NCBI GenBank assembly: GCA_036396875.1
Contig: DASWJZ010000075.1
Span: 1 to 44,353, forward strand
DNA length: 44,353 nucleotides
Direction: 5' to 3'
Source: Propylenella sp.
GTDB taxonomy: Bacteria; Pseudomonadota; Alphaproteobacteria; Rhizobiales; Afifellaceae
In this document: positions 1 to 9,270 of the stretch, piece after piece
Position numbering within the stretch: the first letter of the stretch is position 1
How the letters are laid out: the number at the start of each line of letters is the position of its first letter
The notes under the pieces: model-generated
What the model saw: the letters and a program-made list of their open reading frames with translations, nothing else
Databases searched by the model: none
Told to the model about the DNA's origin: nothing
Position numbers and translations under genes: made by a program

Positions 1-146
1 ACGGTCTGGGCGAGATCGATGATGTGGATGTTGTTGCGGGCGCCATAGATGTAGGGGCCCATCTTCGGGTTCCAGCGATGCGTCTGGTGACCGAAATGCA
101 CGCCAGCCTCAAGCAGCTGGCGCATCGAAAAATCGGGAAGCACCAT
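1..146 (-). CDS. rpsB: 30S ribosomal protein S2, first 48 codons (gene continues past window start)
   Basis: Absent from the ORF track because it is truncated. Minus-strand translation from ATG 146..144 gives [48 protein letters not shown], the conserved S2 N-terminus. A GGAG Shine-Dalgarno lies just upstream. Confidence 0.9.
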   Translation of the reverse strand, partial: MVLPDFSMRQLLEAGVHFGHQTHRWNPKMGPYIYGARNNIHIIDLAQT

Positions 147-309
147 AGAATTCTCCGGTTTTTTCCGCCGCGGGGAATGGCGATCGCCGTAAAGGCGAAG
201 CCACCGGAAAGCCGGTCAAGGCTTCGTGCCCGCGTGTGAGATGGCGCGGATATAGGGGAACAACCGGCATTCCGCAAGCGGATGTGCCGCTTCCAGCCGC
301 TTCCCGACC

Positions 310-3300
310 CTACCCAATCTCCACATGCACGATGCCCGGCACCGCCTTGATGGCGCCGGCGACCTGCGGCGTCACGCGGTAATGTCCGGGGAGCTTAACC
401 TCGACCTCGCGACCCTGCAGCATGACGACGACGGAGACCGTTCCCTCCCCCTCATCGAGCCGGCTGGCAAGCCGCTCGATCGGCTCAGGCGCATCCAGAA
501 AAACGCGGATCGCATGGCTGCGGCGCGCCGCCACCGCTTCGAGCGGCTCGACGTTCTGAATACGCGCCCGCACCTCCTCGGCCGCCGGGTCGTATTCCGC
601 GCCGATCTGCAGAAGCAACGACTTCCCGGGCTCCAGCAGCTCGCGCCAGTCTGCGAGCCGCTCCTGATAGACCGTCGCTTCGAATTGGGCCGTCTGGTCG
701 GAGAGCGTGACGATGCCGATCCGCCCGCCGGTGCGGGTGCGCCGCTCCTGGCGCTGCACGACGGTCGCCGCGACCAGTCCGGCGAGCTGCCGCGCGCCGC
801 GGAGCCGGGCGAGGAAGCCGGCCCAGCTCAGACCCCCGCGCGCTTCCACAAGCGCCGCATAGTCCTCGATCGGATGAGCGCTGAGATACATGCCGATCGC
901 GCTGAATTCGCGCTGCAGGCGCTCCGACGGCGCCCAGGGGTCGGAATCCGCGAGGAAGAGGGCCGCCGGCTCGCCGGATGCGCCGAAAAGATCCGTGATG
1001 CCGCTCGCCGCCCGCGCCGTCCGCTCCTGCGCATAAGCGAGAATCTTGCCGATATTCGCGAAGACCCGCGCCCGCTCCGGAACCAGCCGATCGAAAGCGC
1101 CGGCCTGCACCAGGCATTCGAGCGCCTTGCGGTTGACGAGCTGCGGGTCGATGCGCGCGGCGAAATCGGCGAGATCGACGAACGGTCGGCCGCCGCGCGC
1201 CGCGACGATATGATCGACGACCTGCGTGCCGACGCCCTTCAACGCCGCGAGCGCATAGACGATCGCCCCGTCGGCGACTTCGAAGGCCGCTCCCGAGCGG
1301 TTGATGTCGGGCGGCACAATCGGGATGCCGAGGCGCCGCGCCTCGAGTCGGAATTCGTTGAGCTTGTCGGTGTTGTTCACATCGAGCGTCATCGAGGCGG
1401 CGAGGAACTCCACCGGATGGTTCGCCTTCAGATAGGCCGTCTGGTAGGCGACGACCGCATAGGCGGCGGCGTGCGACTTGTTGAAACCGTAGCTGGCGAA
1501 CTTCGCCACCAGATCGAAGATCGCCACCGCATCGGCGCGGCCGACGTTCCGCTCCACCGCGCCGTCGACGAAACGCTCCCGCTGGGCGTTCATCTCGGCC
1601 TTGATCTTCTTGCCCATAGCGCGCCGAAGCAGATCGGCCTCACCGAGCGTGTAGCCGGAAAGGGCGCGGGCGATCTCCATGACCTGCTCCTGATAGATGA
1701 TGACCCCGTAGGTCTCCTTCAGGATCGGCTCCAGCCGCGGATGCAGGTAGTCGACCGTCTCCTCGCCGTGCTTTCGGCGGTTGTAGAGCGGGATGTTGTC
1801 CATCGGGCCCGGCCGATAGAGGGCGACCAGCGCGATCAGATCCTCCAGTCGGTCCGGCTTCATGCCGACGAGGGCGCGGCGCATGCCCTGCCCTTCCACC
1901 TGGAACACGCCGACCGTCTCGCCCCGCGACAGCATCGCGAAGGTCGGCGGGTCGTCGAGCGGGAGGGCCGCGAGGTCGATTTCGGCCCCTCTGCGACGGA
2001 CGAGCTCAGCCGCCTTCTCGAGCACGGTGAGGGTCTTGAGTCCGAGGAAATCGAATTTTACCAGGCCGGCCTGCTCGACCCACTTCATGTTGAACTGAGT
2101 GACCGGCAGAGGCGAGCGCGGGTCACGGTAGAGCGGCACCAGCTCTCTCAGCGGCCGGTCGCCGATGACGATGCCCGCGGCATGCGTCGACGCATGCCGG
2201 TAAAGCCCCTCCAGCTTCATGGCGATCGTCAGCAGCCGGTCGACCACCGGCTCCTGCCGGCGCGCTTCCTCGAAACGCGGTTCGCCCGCCACCGCCTTCT
2301 CAAGCGAAACCGGATTTGCCGGATCGGCCGGCACCAGCTTGCAGAGCCGGTCCACCTGGCCATACGGCATTTCGAGAACCCGCCCGACGTCGCGGAGTGC
2401 GGCGCGCGCCTGCAGCGTCCCGAACGTGATGATCTGGGCGACCCGGTCGGCGCCGTAGCGCCGCTGCACATAATCAATCACTTCGTCGCGGCGGTCCTGG
2501 CAGAAATCGATGTCGAAATCCGGCATCGAGACGCGGTCTGGGTTCAGAAACCGCTCGAAGAGAAGGCCGAAGCGCAGCGGGTCGAGATCGGTGATGGTGA
2601 GCGCCCAGGCGACGACCGAGCCGGCGCCCGAGCCGCGCCCCGGCCCGACCGGAATTTTCTTCGCTTTCGCCCATTTGATGAAGTCGGCGACAATCAGGAA
2701 GTAGCCCGGATACTTCATCGCCTCGATGACGCCGAGTTCGAAGTCCAGACGCTCGCGGTAATCCTCCTCCTCAAAGCCCGGGGCCGTGCCTTGCGCGGCG
2801 AGCCGCCTGCCGAGCCCCTCCTTGGCCTGCCGGCGCAGTTCCTCCGCCTCTTCGCGCTCCGCCGATTCGGTGTCGGCCGCGAGCGACGCGAAGCGCGGCA
2901 GGATCGGCTGCACGATGCGTGGGCGCGTGCGGCAACGGACGGCGATTTCGACCGTATTATCCAACGCTTCCGGGGCATCGGTGAAGCGCCTCATCATTTC
3001 GGCACGGCTGCCGAAATGATGCTGCGGCGTCAGTCTTCTTCGGTCGTCGCTGGAAAGCAGCCGACCGTCCGCAATGGCGAGCAGGGCATCATGCGCCTCG
3101 AAATCCTCCGCGGTCGGAAAAAACGGCTCGTTGGTCGCCACAAGAGGCACGCCGTGGGCATAGGCGAGATCGACGAGAGCCGGTTCCGCCCGAGTCTCGA
3201 CGTCCATCCCGTGCCGCTCCAGCGCCACGTAGAGCCGGTCGCCGAACGCGGCCTTCAGGTTCGCAAGTCTCGCTTCCGCCAAGGCGTGCTCGCCCTCTGC

Positions 3301-3765
3301 GAGAATCGGGTAGAGGGGGCCGTCATGTCCGCCCGTCAAGGCGATGAGGCCAGGAGCGGCGGCGAGGGCTGCGACTGGAAGCGGCTCCGCGCGTCCGGCC
3401 TCGCCCAGATAGAACGTCGTCACAACGTTGATCAGCGCGCGATAACCCTCGTCGGTGGCGCAAAGAACGCAGAGCGGCGCCACGTGGCGCGACGGACGAC
3501 CGCTGCCCGGACGGCGCGAATCAAACTCCGCCTCCGGCTCGAACCGCACCGGCAGTTTGCAACCGATGATCGGCTGCAAGCCTGCCGCCGCGGCCTTTTC
3601 GGAGAATTCCAGCGCTCCGAAGAGGTTGGCGGTATCCGTAACGCCGACGGCCGGCATGCCGTCCGCTACGGCAAGCTTTACAAGCGCGGCGATCGGCAGC
3701 GCACCCTCGAGCAGCGAATAGGCCGAGTGGCAGTTGAGATGGATGAATCCGGGGCCTTCGGTCAC
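310..3765 (-). CDS. dnaE: DNA polymerase III alpha subunit
   Basis: 1151-aa ORF with a GTG start. N-terminal PHP-domain signature FIHLNCHSAYSLLEGA and full-length DnaE-like sequence. AAGGA Shine-Dalgarno 8 nt upstream. Confidence 0.97.
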   Translation of the reverse strand: MTEGPGFIHLNCHSAYSLLEGALPIAALVKLAVADGMPAVGVTDTANLFGALEFSEKAAAAGLQPIIGCKLPVRFEPEAEFDSRRPGSGRPSRHVAPLCVLCATDEGYRALINVVTTFYLGEAGRAEPLPVAALAAAPGLIALTGGHDGPLYPILAEGEHALAEARLANLKAAFGDRLYVALERHGMDVETRAEPALVDLAYAHGVPLVATNEPFFPTAEDFEAHDALLAIADGRLLSSDDRRRLTPQHHFGSRAEMMRRFTDAPEALDNTVEIAVRCRTRPRIVQPILPRFASLAADTESAEREEAEELRRQAKEGLGRRLAAQGTAPGFEEEDYRERLDFELGVIEAMKYPGYFLIVADFIKWAKAKKIPVGPGRGSGAGSVVAWALTITDLDPLRFGLLFERFLNPDRVSMPDFDIDFCQDRRDEVIDYVQRRYGADRVAQIITFGTLQARAALRDVGRVLEMPYGQVDRLCKLVPADPANPVSLEKAVAGEPRFEEARRQEPVVDRLLTIAMKLEGLYRHASTHAAGIVIGDRPLRELVPLYRDPRSPLPVTQFNMKWVEQAGLVKFDFLGLKTLTVLEKAAELVRRRGAEIDLAALPLDDPPTFAMLSRGETVGVFQVEGQGMRRALVGMKPDRLEDLIALVALYRPGPMDNIPLYNRRKHGEETVDYLHPRLEPILKETYGVIIYQEQVMEIARALSGYTLGEADLLRRAMGKKIKAEMNAQRERFVDGAVERNVGRADAVAIFDLVAKFASYGFNKSHAAAYAVVAYQTAYLKANHPVEFLAASMTLDVNNTDKLNEFRLEARRLGIPIVPPDINRSGAAFEVADGAIVYALAALKGVGTQVVDHIVAARGGRPFVDLADFAARIDPQLVNRKALECLVQAGAFDRLVPERARVFANIGKILAYAQERTARAASGITDLFGASGEPAALFLADSDPWAPSERLQREFSAIGMYLSAHPIEDYAALVEARGGLSWAGFLARLRGARQLAGLVAATVVQRQERRTRTGGRIGIVTLSDQTAQFEATVYQERLADWRELLEPGKSLLLQIGAEYDPAAEEVRARIQNVEPLEAVAARRSHAIRVFLDAPEPIERLASRLDEGEGTVSVVVMLQGREVEVKLPGHYRVTPQVAGAIKAVPGIVHVEIG

Positions 3766-3887
3766 AATTCATTCCTTTGAGCCCGTGCTTAGACCCGAGA
3801 GCACGTCCGGGCCAGCGGCGGTACCGGCAATCCCCGTGTCTTTCACCGCGCCACGGCCGCTCGATCCTTTGCGCCGCCGGCTTTTTC

Positions 3888-4646
3888 CTACCCCGCCTTG
3901 GCCGGGACGATCGCCCCATCCTCGATCGTCACCGTCCGATCCATTTCAGCTGCGAGCGTGTAATTGTGGGTCGCGAAGAGCGCAGCGAGCCCGGATTCCC
4001 TCACCAGGACTTTCAGCGCCGCAAACACGTGACCCGATGTCTTCGGATCGAGATTGCCGGTCGGCTCGTCGGCAAGGAGGAGCCGCGGCGCATTGGCCAC
4101 CGCCCGGGCGATTGCGACGCGCTGCTGCTCGCCGCCCGACAGCTCCGCCGGGCGGTGCGTCGCGCGCTGGTCGACGCGGAGATACGCGAGCAGCTCGCGT
4201 CCCCTTTTTTCCGCCTCCCTGCGGCCGAGGCCTGCAATCATCTGCGGCAGCACCACGTTTTCGAGCGCGGAGAATTCCGGCAGCAGATGATGGAACTGAT
4301 AGACAAAGCCGATGTGCGTGCGCCGAAGCGCCGTCCTGGCGTCGTCGCCGAGCGTCGAGGCGGCTTCGCCGCCGATGAACACCTCGCCTGAATCCGGGTG
4401 CTCCAGCAGCCCCGCGATGTGGAGAAGCGTCGACTTGCCGGCGCCCGACGGCGCTACCAGCGCTACCATCTCCCCGCTGGCGACCGCCAGATTTGCGCCC
4501 TTGAGGACCGGCAATGGACCGGAGCCTGTGCGATACGCGCGCGAAACGTTCTCAAGTGCCAGCGCGCTTTTCAAAGCCGCACCTTTGAGGGCTCCGCCGG
4601 GCGACGGGCTGTCCGCGCCTGGTACTGAGCCGGCCTCGTCACTCAT
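3888..4646 (-). CDS. lolD: lipoprotein-releasing ABC transporter ATP-binding protein
   Basis: 252 aa from the internal ATG (MSDEAGS...). Walker [12 protein letters not shown] signature [14 protein letters not shown], Walker B LLLADEPT. Its ATG overlaps the permease stop (ATGA at 4643-4646). The 662-aa track ORF is an upstream extension running across the permease gene in another frame. Confidence 0.9.
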   Translation of the reverse strand: MSDEAGSVPGADSPSPGGALKGAALKSALALENVSRAYRTGSGPLPVLKGANLAVASGEMVALVAPSGAGKSTLLHIAGLLEHPDSGEVFIGGEAASTLGDDARTALRRTHIGFVYQFHHLLPEFSALENVVLPQMIAGLGRREAEKRGRELLAYLRVDQRATHRPAELSGGEQQRVAIARAVANAPRLLLADEPTGNLDPKTSGHVFAALKVLVRESGLAALFATHNYTLAAEMDRTVTIEDGAIVPAKAG

Positions 4647-5962
4647 TCGTAGCGCAGCGCCTCGACCGGATCGAGCCGCGCCGCCCGCCAGGCCGGGTAG
4701 AGCGTCGCCAGGAACGACAGCACGAGCGCCATCAGTACGATTGCCGCAGTCTCCGCCGGATCCATGTCGGCCGGCAGCGTCGACAGGAAATAAAGCTCCG
4801 GCGCGAAGACCTCCGTCCGGGTGAGCCAGGACACGACCTGTCGGAGCGGCTCCACATTCGTGCTGATCAGCATGCCGATCAGCAGGCCGGCGAGCGTGCC
4901 GACCGTCCCGATGCTTGCCCCGGTGATGAAGAACACGCGCAGGATCGCTCCCTTCGTCGCACCCATCGTGCGGAGGATCGCGATATCCCGTCCCTTGTCC
5001 TTCACCAGCATGATGAGCCCGGAGATGATGTTGAGGGCGGCCACCAGCACGATCAATGTGAGAATCACGAACATCACATTCCGCTCGACCTCGAGCGCAT
5101 TGAAGAACGTGACATTGCGCGTCCGCCAGTCGGTGGAAAAGACCGGGCGTTCGGCCGCCTCTTCGACCGAGGCGCGCAGCGATCCGACCTGATCCGGATC
5201 GTCGAGAAAGACTTCGATCGCCTGCGCCGCATCGGGGCTGTTGAAATAAAGCATTGCCTCGGAGAGCGGCATAAAGACATAGGTCGAATCGTATTCCGAC
5301 ATTCCGATCTGGAAGATGGCGACGACCGGGTACGCCTTTACCCGCGGCGCGGACCCCATCGGCGTGATCGCGCCGCGCGGACTGATGAGCGTCAGCCGAT
5401 CGCCCATATTGAGTCCCAGCGAGTTGGCGAGTCCCCGTCCGATGGCCACCCCGCCGGAATTGTCGAAATCGATGAGGCCGCCGCCATTCTCGACGGTGCC
5501 GGCGACCTTCTCCACTCCGAGAAGGTCGGGCCCGCGGACGCCTCGGACGAGAACGCCGGAGCTGCCGCCGCTCGGCCCCGAGGCAAGCGCCTGGCCTTCG
5601 ATGATGGGCATCGCCGACTTCACGCCGGGAACGGCCGAGATGCGTTCGGCGACGGCGTTGTAGTCGGTCAGCTCGGTGTCGACCGGTTGCACGATCACGT
5701 GGCCGTTGATGCCAAGAATCTTGTCGAGCAGCTCCGCCCGGAAGCCGTTCATCACGGCCATGACCACGACCAGCGTCGCCACCCCCAGCATGATACCGAG
5801 GAAGGAGAAGACGGCGATCACTGAAATGAACGCCTCCTTCCGCCGCGGCCTCAGGTAGCGGAGGGCAAGCATCCACTCGAAGGACGAAAAGGGCCTGGTT
5901 GTCCTCGCCGAGGCTGCCGCCGTCTCCGCCATGTCAGGGGCTTCCGCCGACGGAATGGACAA
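4643..5962 (-). CDS. lipoprotein-releasing ABC transporter permease, LolC/LolE family
   Basis: 439-aa ORF with an N-terminal TM helix ([26 protein letters not shown]), a large periplasmic domain and a C-terminal FtsX-like three-helix bundle, directly upstream of lolD. An alternative start at 5932 (MAETAAA) would remove the 29-nt overlap with proS. Confidence 0.88.
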   Translation of the reverse strand: MSIPSAEAPDMAETAAASARTTRPFSSFEWMLALRYLRPRRKEAFISVIAVFSFLGIMLGVATLVVVMAVMNGFRAELLDKILGINGHVIVQPVDTELTDYNAVAERISAVPGVKSAMPIIEGQALASGPSGGSSGVLVRGVRGPDLLGVEKVAGTVENGGGLIDFDNSGGVAIGRGLANSLGLNMGDRLTLISPRGAITPMGSAPRVKAYPVVAIFQIGMSEYDSTYVFMPLSEAMLYFNSPDAAQAIEVFLDDPDQVGSLRASVEEAAERPVFSTDWRTRNVTFFNALEVERNVMFVILTLIVLVAALNIISGLIMLVKDKGRDIAILRTMGATKGAILRVFFITGASIGTVGTLAGLLIGMLISTNVEPLRQVVSWLTRTEVFAPELYFLSTLPADMDPAETAAIVLMALVLSFLATLYPAWRAARLDPVEALRYE

Positions 5963-7268
5963 GCCGGTTCACGGCAGCGTCGGTGGTAAGCGTCTTGCGC
6001 TCGCCGGTGGCGCGCCGTTTGATCTCTACCTCGCCGCCGGCGGCGCCGCGCGGCCCCACAACCAGCTGCCACGGAAGGCCGATCAGATCCATTGTGGCGA
6101 ACTTGGCCCCCGCGCGCTGGTCGATATCGTCGTAAAGGACTGAAACACCTGCGTTTTCAAGCCTTGCCAGCAGACTCACAGAAACGTCGTCGGTAATCTC
6201 GTCGCCAGGCTTCAGATTGACCAGTCCGACCGCAAACGGCGCGACCGTGTCGGGCCAGATTATGCCATTATCGTCGTGGCTTGCCTCAATGATTGCGGCG
6301 GCGAGGCGCGACACGCCGATACCGTAGGAGCCCATGTGCACGGCGTGCTGCTGCCCGTCGGGCCCGGCGACGGTGGCCCTCATCGGCTCCGAATACTTGG
6401 TGCCGAAATAGAAGATGTGCCCCACCTCTATGCCGCGCGCCGAAAGCCGGCGGTCCTCCGGCAGAGCGGCGAACGCCGCCTCATCATGCTTCTCGTCGGT
6501 CGCCGCGTAAGGCGCCGTCCATCGGTCAACGATCGAGGACAGATCGGCACGGAAATCGGTCTCCTCCCCGGGCACCGCGATCTCGAGCAGCGCGCGGTCG
6601 CAGAAGACGGCGCTTTCCCCCGTCTCGGCAAGGATAACGAACTCATGGCTCATGTCGCCGCCGATCGGCCCGGATTCCGCGCGCATCGGGACGGCCTTCA
6701 GGCCGAGCCGGGCGAATGTCCTCAAATACGCGACGAACATGCGATTGTAGGCGCGGCGGGCGCCTTCGAAGTCGAGGTCGAACGAATAGGCATCCTTCAT
6801 TAGAAACTCGCGGCCGCGCATCACTCCGAAGCGCGGCCGAACCTCGTCGCGGAACTTCCACTGGATATGATAGAGGTTGATGGGCAGCTCGCGATATGAG
6901 CGCACATAGGCGCGGAAGATATCGGTGATCATCTCCTCGTTGGTCGGACCGTAGAGCATCGGCCGCTCGTGCCGGTCGCGGATGCGCAGCATCTCCGGCC
7001 CGTAGTCATTCATGCGTCCGGACTCGACCCAGAGGTCGGCCGGCTGGATCGTCGGCATCAGGACTTCCAGCGCCCCGGCCCGGTTCTGCTCCTCCCTGAC
7101 GATCTCTTCGATCTTGTTCAGGACGCGAACACCGAGCGGCAACCAGGAATAGATGCCGGCCGCCTGTTGCCTCAGCATTCCCGCTCGCAACATCAAACGG
7201 TGCGAAACGACCTCGGCTTCCTTCGGTGTCTCCTTGAGGATCGGAAGAAAATAGCGGGAAAGCTGCAT
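5934..7268 (-). CDS. proS: proline--tRNA ligase (short alphaproteobacterial type)
   Basis: 444 aa from ATG 7268 ([30 protein letters not shown]...), the typical ProRS N-terminus. Its length suggests the type without the large INS editing domain. The track ORF carries 36 extra upstream codons. Confidence 0.93.
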   Translation of the reverse strand: MQLSRYFLPILKETPKEAEVVSHRLMLRAGMLRQQAAGIYSWLPLGVRVLNKIEEIVREEQNRAGALEVLMPTIQPADLWVESGRMNDYGPEMLRIRDRHERPMLYGPTNEEMITDIFRAYVRSYRELPINLYHIQWKFRDEVRPRFGVMRGREFLMKDAYSFDLDFEGARRAYNRMFVAYLRTFARLGLKAVPMRAESGPIGGDMSHEFVILAETGESAVFCDRALLEIAVPGEETDFRADLSSIVDRWTAPYAATDEKHDEAAFAALPEDRRLSARGIEVGHIFYFGTKYSEPMRATVAGPDGQQHAVHMGSYGIGVSRLAAAIIEASHDDNGIIWPDTVAPFAVGLVNLKPGDEITDDVSVSLLARLENAGVSVLYDDIDQRAGAKFATMDLIGLPWQLVVGPRGAAGGEVEIKRRATGERKTLTTDAAVNRLVHSVGGSP

Positions 7269-7557
7269 GGCCTCTGAATCATTGCGGGGGAGCCTGCGCG
7301 ACATGATCGTATCGGGCCGGGCTTGGCAAGGGTGGCGGGCAGCCATGCTGCGGCTGCCTGATGCCCAGGCAGGCAAGCTGAAATTTTCGGCAGCCCTAGG
7401 GAAAAGTAGTGACAGCCCGTTGTCGATGGGCTAGTGTACCGGCCACCAAGAATGGTGCCATCGGTACCGAATACATCGCGGTCCAAGTCTTGGGAGGACT
7501 TCGTCAGACAGCGTGTCCAGGCGCTGCGACGGGGAAATGGCTAGTCGCGAAGTTCTT

Positions 7558-7589
7558 GAGCAAGGCTGTGCCTTGCTCTTTTCTTTTCC
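7558..7589 (+). terminator. rho-independent terminator oriented for plus-strand transcription
   Basis: GAGCAAGGC-TGT-GCCTTGCTC forms a perfect 9-bp stem (7558-7578), followed by TTTTCTTTTCC (7579-7589). On the minus strand the stem is followed by AAGAACTTCG, with no U tract. No annotated plus-strand gene lies upstream. Confidence 0.55.
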
Positions 7590-7616
7590 GCTGCCCGGGA
7601 TGTGCCCTGTGCACCT

Positions 7617-7868
7617 TCACGGCACCAGATCGTCCAGTCTCATCTGATACACGCTGAAGTAGAGATAGATTCCTGCAAAGATGAGAGCCGAGAGCAGGGT
7701 CGTCGCAATGACCCTCCTGAGCAGAAATGGCGTAATCGGCGCACCTGGCTCGGTTCCGGGCGCGACGGCGTTCGCCTCGTGCTGGCTCCTGACGCCGAAC
7801 GGCAGCACGACGAAGAGGCACAGCCACCACAGGACGAAGTAGATCGCAATCGAGCTGACGAGGCTCAT
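7617..7868 (-). CDS. DUF1467 family small membrane protein
   Basis: 83 aa, MSLVSSIAIYFVLWWLCLFVVLPFGVRSQ..., with two TM helices. This is the typical alphaproteobacterial DUF1467 pattern and position downstream of mce. Its start overlaps the mce stop (7865-7868). Confidence 0.85.
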   Translation of the reverse strand: MSLVSSIAIYFVLWWLCLFVVLPFGVRSQHEANAVAPGTEPGAPITPFLLRRVIATTLLSALIFAGIYLYFSVYQMRLDDLVP

Positions 7869-8275
7869 CGCGGCGCTTCCTCAAGTTCGATCAGCGTGCC
7901 GCAAAAATCCTTCGGGTCGAGAAAGACGACCGGCCGCCCATGCGCGCCGATCTTCGGCTCGCCGTCGCCGAGGATGCGGGCTCCGCTTTCGACAAGGCGG
8001 TCGCGCACGGCTTCTATGTCGCCGACCTCGTAGCAGAGGTGGTGGATGCCGCCTTCGGGACGCCGCGACAGAAAGGCGGCGATCGGGGAAGCGTCGCCAA
8101 GCGGCTCCAGCAATTCGATCCGGGTGTTGGGAATGTCGACGAAGACGACGCTGACGCCGTGCTCGGGCAAGCTTTCCCGCACCGACACTTTGGCGCCGAG
8201 CATCTCGCGGTAGAGCCTTGCCGCGGCTTCGAGGTCGGGCACCGCAATCGCGACATGGTTGAGCCGTCCGAGCAT
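7865..8275 (-). CDS. mce: methylmalonyl-CoA epimerase (VOC/glyoxalase fold)
   Basis: 136 aa, MLGRLNHVAIAVPDLEAAARLY...GGIHHLCYEV...FLDPKDFCGTLIELEE, the typical epimerase signature. Confidence 0.88.
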   Translation of the reverse strand: MLGRLNHVAIAVPDLEAAARLYREMLGAKVSVRESLPEHGVSVVFVDIPNTRIELLEPLGDASPIAAFLSRRPEGGIHHLCYEVGDIEAVRDRLVESGARILGDGEPKIGAHGRPVVFLDPKDFCGTLIELEEAPR

Positions 8276-8415
8276 CGCTTGGTCTCAGCACGGAACGCGC
8301 ATCCCCGGCAACAGGGGCGCACTCTGCGGAAGTGCTCCGGCGGAAATTGGCGAAGTCCGATCCGGCGGCTACGATGGCCAAAGGGCGCTGAGCCCGGGCG
8401 ATACGGGGGAGCTGG

Positions 8416-9228
8416 ATGTCGGAGAGCGACAAGGTGTTCGCGGGTTCGATCCCCGAGAAATACGACACGCTGATGGTCCCCTTGATCTTCGAGCCCTACG
8501 CGCGCGACCTGGCCGAGCGCGTGGCCGCCGTCTCGCCAGGCGCGGTGCTGGAAACCGCCGCCGGCAGCGGTGTTGTCACGCGCGCGCTCGCGAGGAAGCT
8601 CGCACCGGACGCCCGCTATGCCGTCACCGACCTGAACCAGCCCATGCTCGACTACGCCGCTCGCCGGCAGGGCCCGGACGGACGGATCGTCTGGCGCCAG
8701 GCTGACGCCCTCTATCTGCCGTTCGACGATGCGTCCTTCGACGCGGTCTGCTGCCAGTTCGGCGTGATGTTCTTTCCCGATAGGATCGCCGGCTACAAGG
8801 AGGCGCTACGCGTGCTGAAGCCAGGCGGACGTTTCGTCTTCAATGTCTGGGATCGCATCGAGGAGAATGAATTCGCGCACGAAGTCACCGAGGCGGTCGC
8901 AGAGCTCTTCCCGGACGATCCGCCACGGTTCCTCGCCCGCACGCCGCACGGCTATCACGATGTGGCGCTGATCCGCGGGGAGCTGACGAGCGCAGGCTTC
9001 CGCGAGATCACCGTTGCGACGATGGCGGATGAGAGCCGCGCGCCCTCGCCGGCCGTCGCCGCTGAGGCCTATTGCCAGGGAACGCCGCTTCGCAACGAGA
9101 TCGAGAAGCGCGACGCTGGCTTGCTTCAGCTCGCCACCGACCGCGCGGCGGAGGCGATCGCAAGACGCCACGGCAACGGCGCGGTCGCCGGAAAGATCCA
9201 GGCGCACGTCATCGTCGCCGCGGCGTAG
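8416..9228 (+). CDS. class I SAM-dependent methyltransferase
   Basis: 270 aa with SAM-binding motif I VLETAAGSGVVT and the post-I and later motifs DASFDAVCCQFGVMFF...LKPGGRFVF. GGGGGAG Shine-Dalgarno. It is one of only a few plus-strand genes here. Confidence 0.85.
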   Translation: MSESDKVFAGSIPEKYDTLMVPLIFEPYARDLAERVAAVSPGAVLETAAGSGVVTRALARKLAPDARYAVTDLNQPMLDYAARRQGPDGRIVWRQADALYLPFDDASFDAVCCQFGVMFFPDRIAGYKEALRVLKPGGRFVFNVWDRIEENEFAHEVTEAVAELFPDDPPRFLARTPHGYHDVALIRGELTSAGFREITVATMADESRAPSPAVAAEAYCQGTPLRNEIEKRDAGLLQLATDRAAEAIARRHGNGAVAGKIQAHVIVAAA

Positions 9229-9270
9229 GGCGGATCAGCGCCGTAGGTGTCGGTGACGCTCGCCTTGCGA

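Noticed and set aside
325-3780. A 1151-aa plus-strand ORF mirroring dnaE. Similar long mirror ORFs lie opposite real genes at 9247..11268, 14900..16420, 18590..21286, 22020..23369, 24449..25744, 32300..33679, 33797..34849, 37698..38780, 39687..40586, 40554..41870 and 43068..44132.
   Set aside because: At least the dnaE mirror is antisense in register with the real gene: its boundaries differ from dnaE's by a multiple of 3. In that frame, stops arise only opposite the sense codons TTA, CTA and TCA, which are rare at high third-position GC. The products are Arg/Asp/His/Gly-rich with no motifs. The opposite strands carry unmistakable conserved proteins.
3888-5876. A 662-aa ORF, and other over-long track ORFs (5934..7376, 9271..11172, 18005..18676, 24545..25960, 31930..32388, 32357..34870, 37302..38801, 40635..41072, 43053..44117).
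   Set aside because: Only the C-terminal parts match conserved proteins. The N-terminal extensions are Arg/Pro/Gly-rich, overlap the upstream gene (or, for tig, a tRNA), and have better internal ATG starts that give canonical N-termini and typical overlaps or Shine-Dalgarno spacing.
7409-7657. An 82-aa plus-strand ORF and a 97-aa minus-strand ORF (7193..7486) in the proS / DUF1467 intergenic region.
   Set aside because: Both use non-ATG or unsupported starts and run through hairpins and the terminator. Their products are Cys/Arg-rich and non-protein-like. The region is better explained as non-coding RNA or regulatory sequence.
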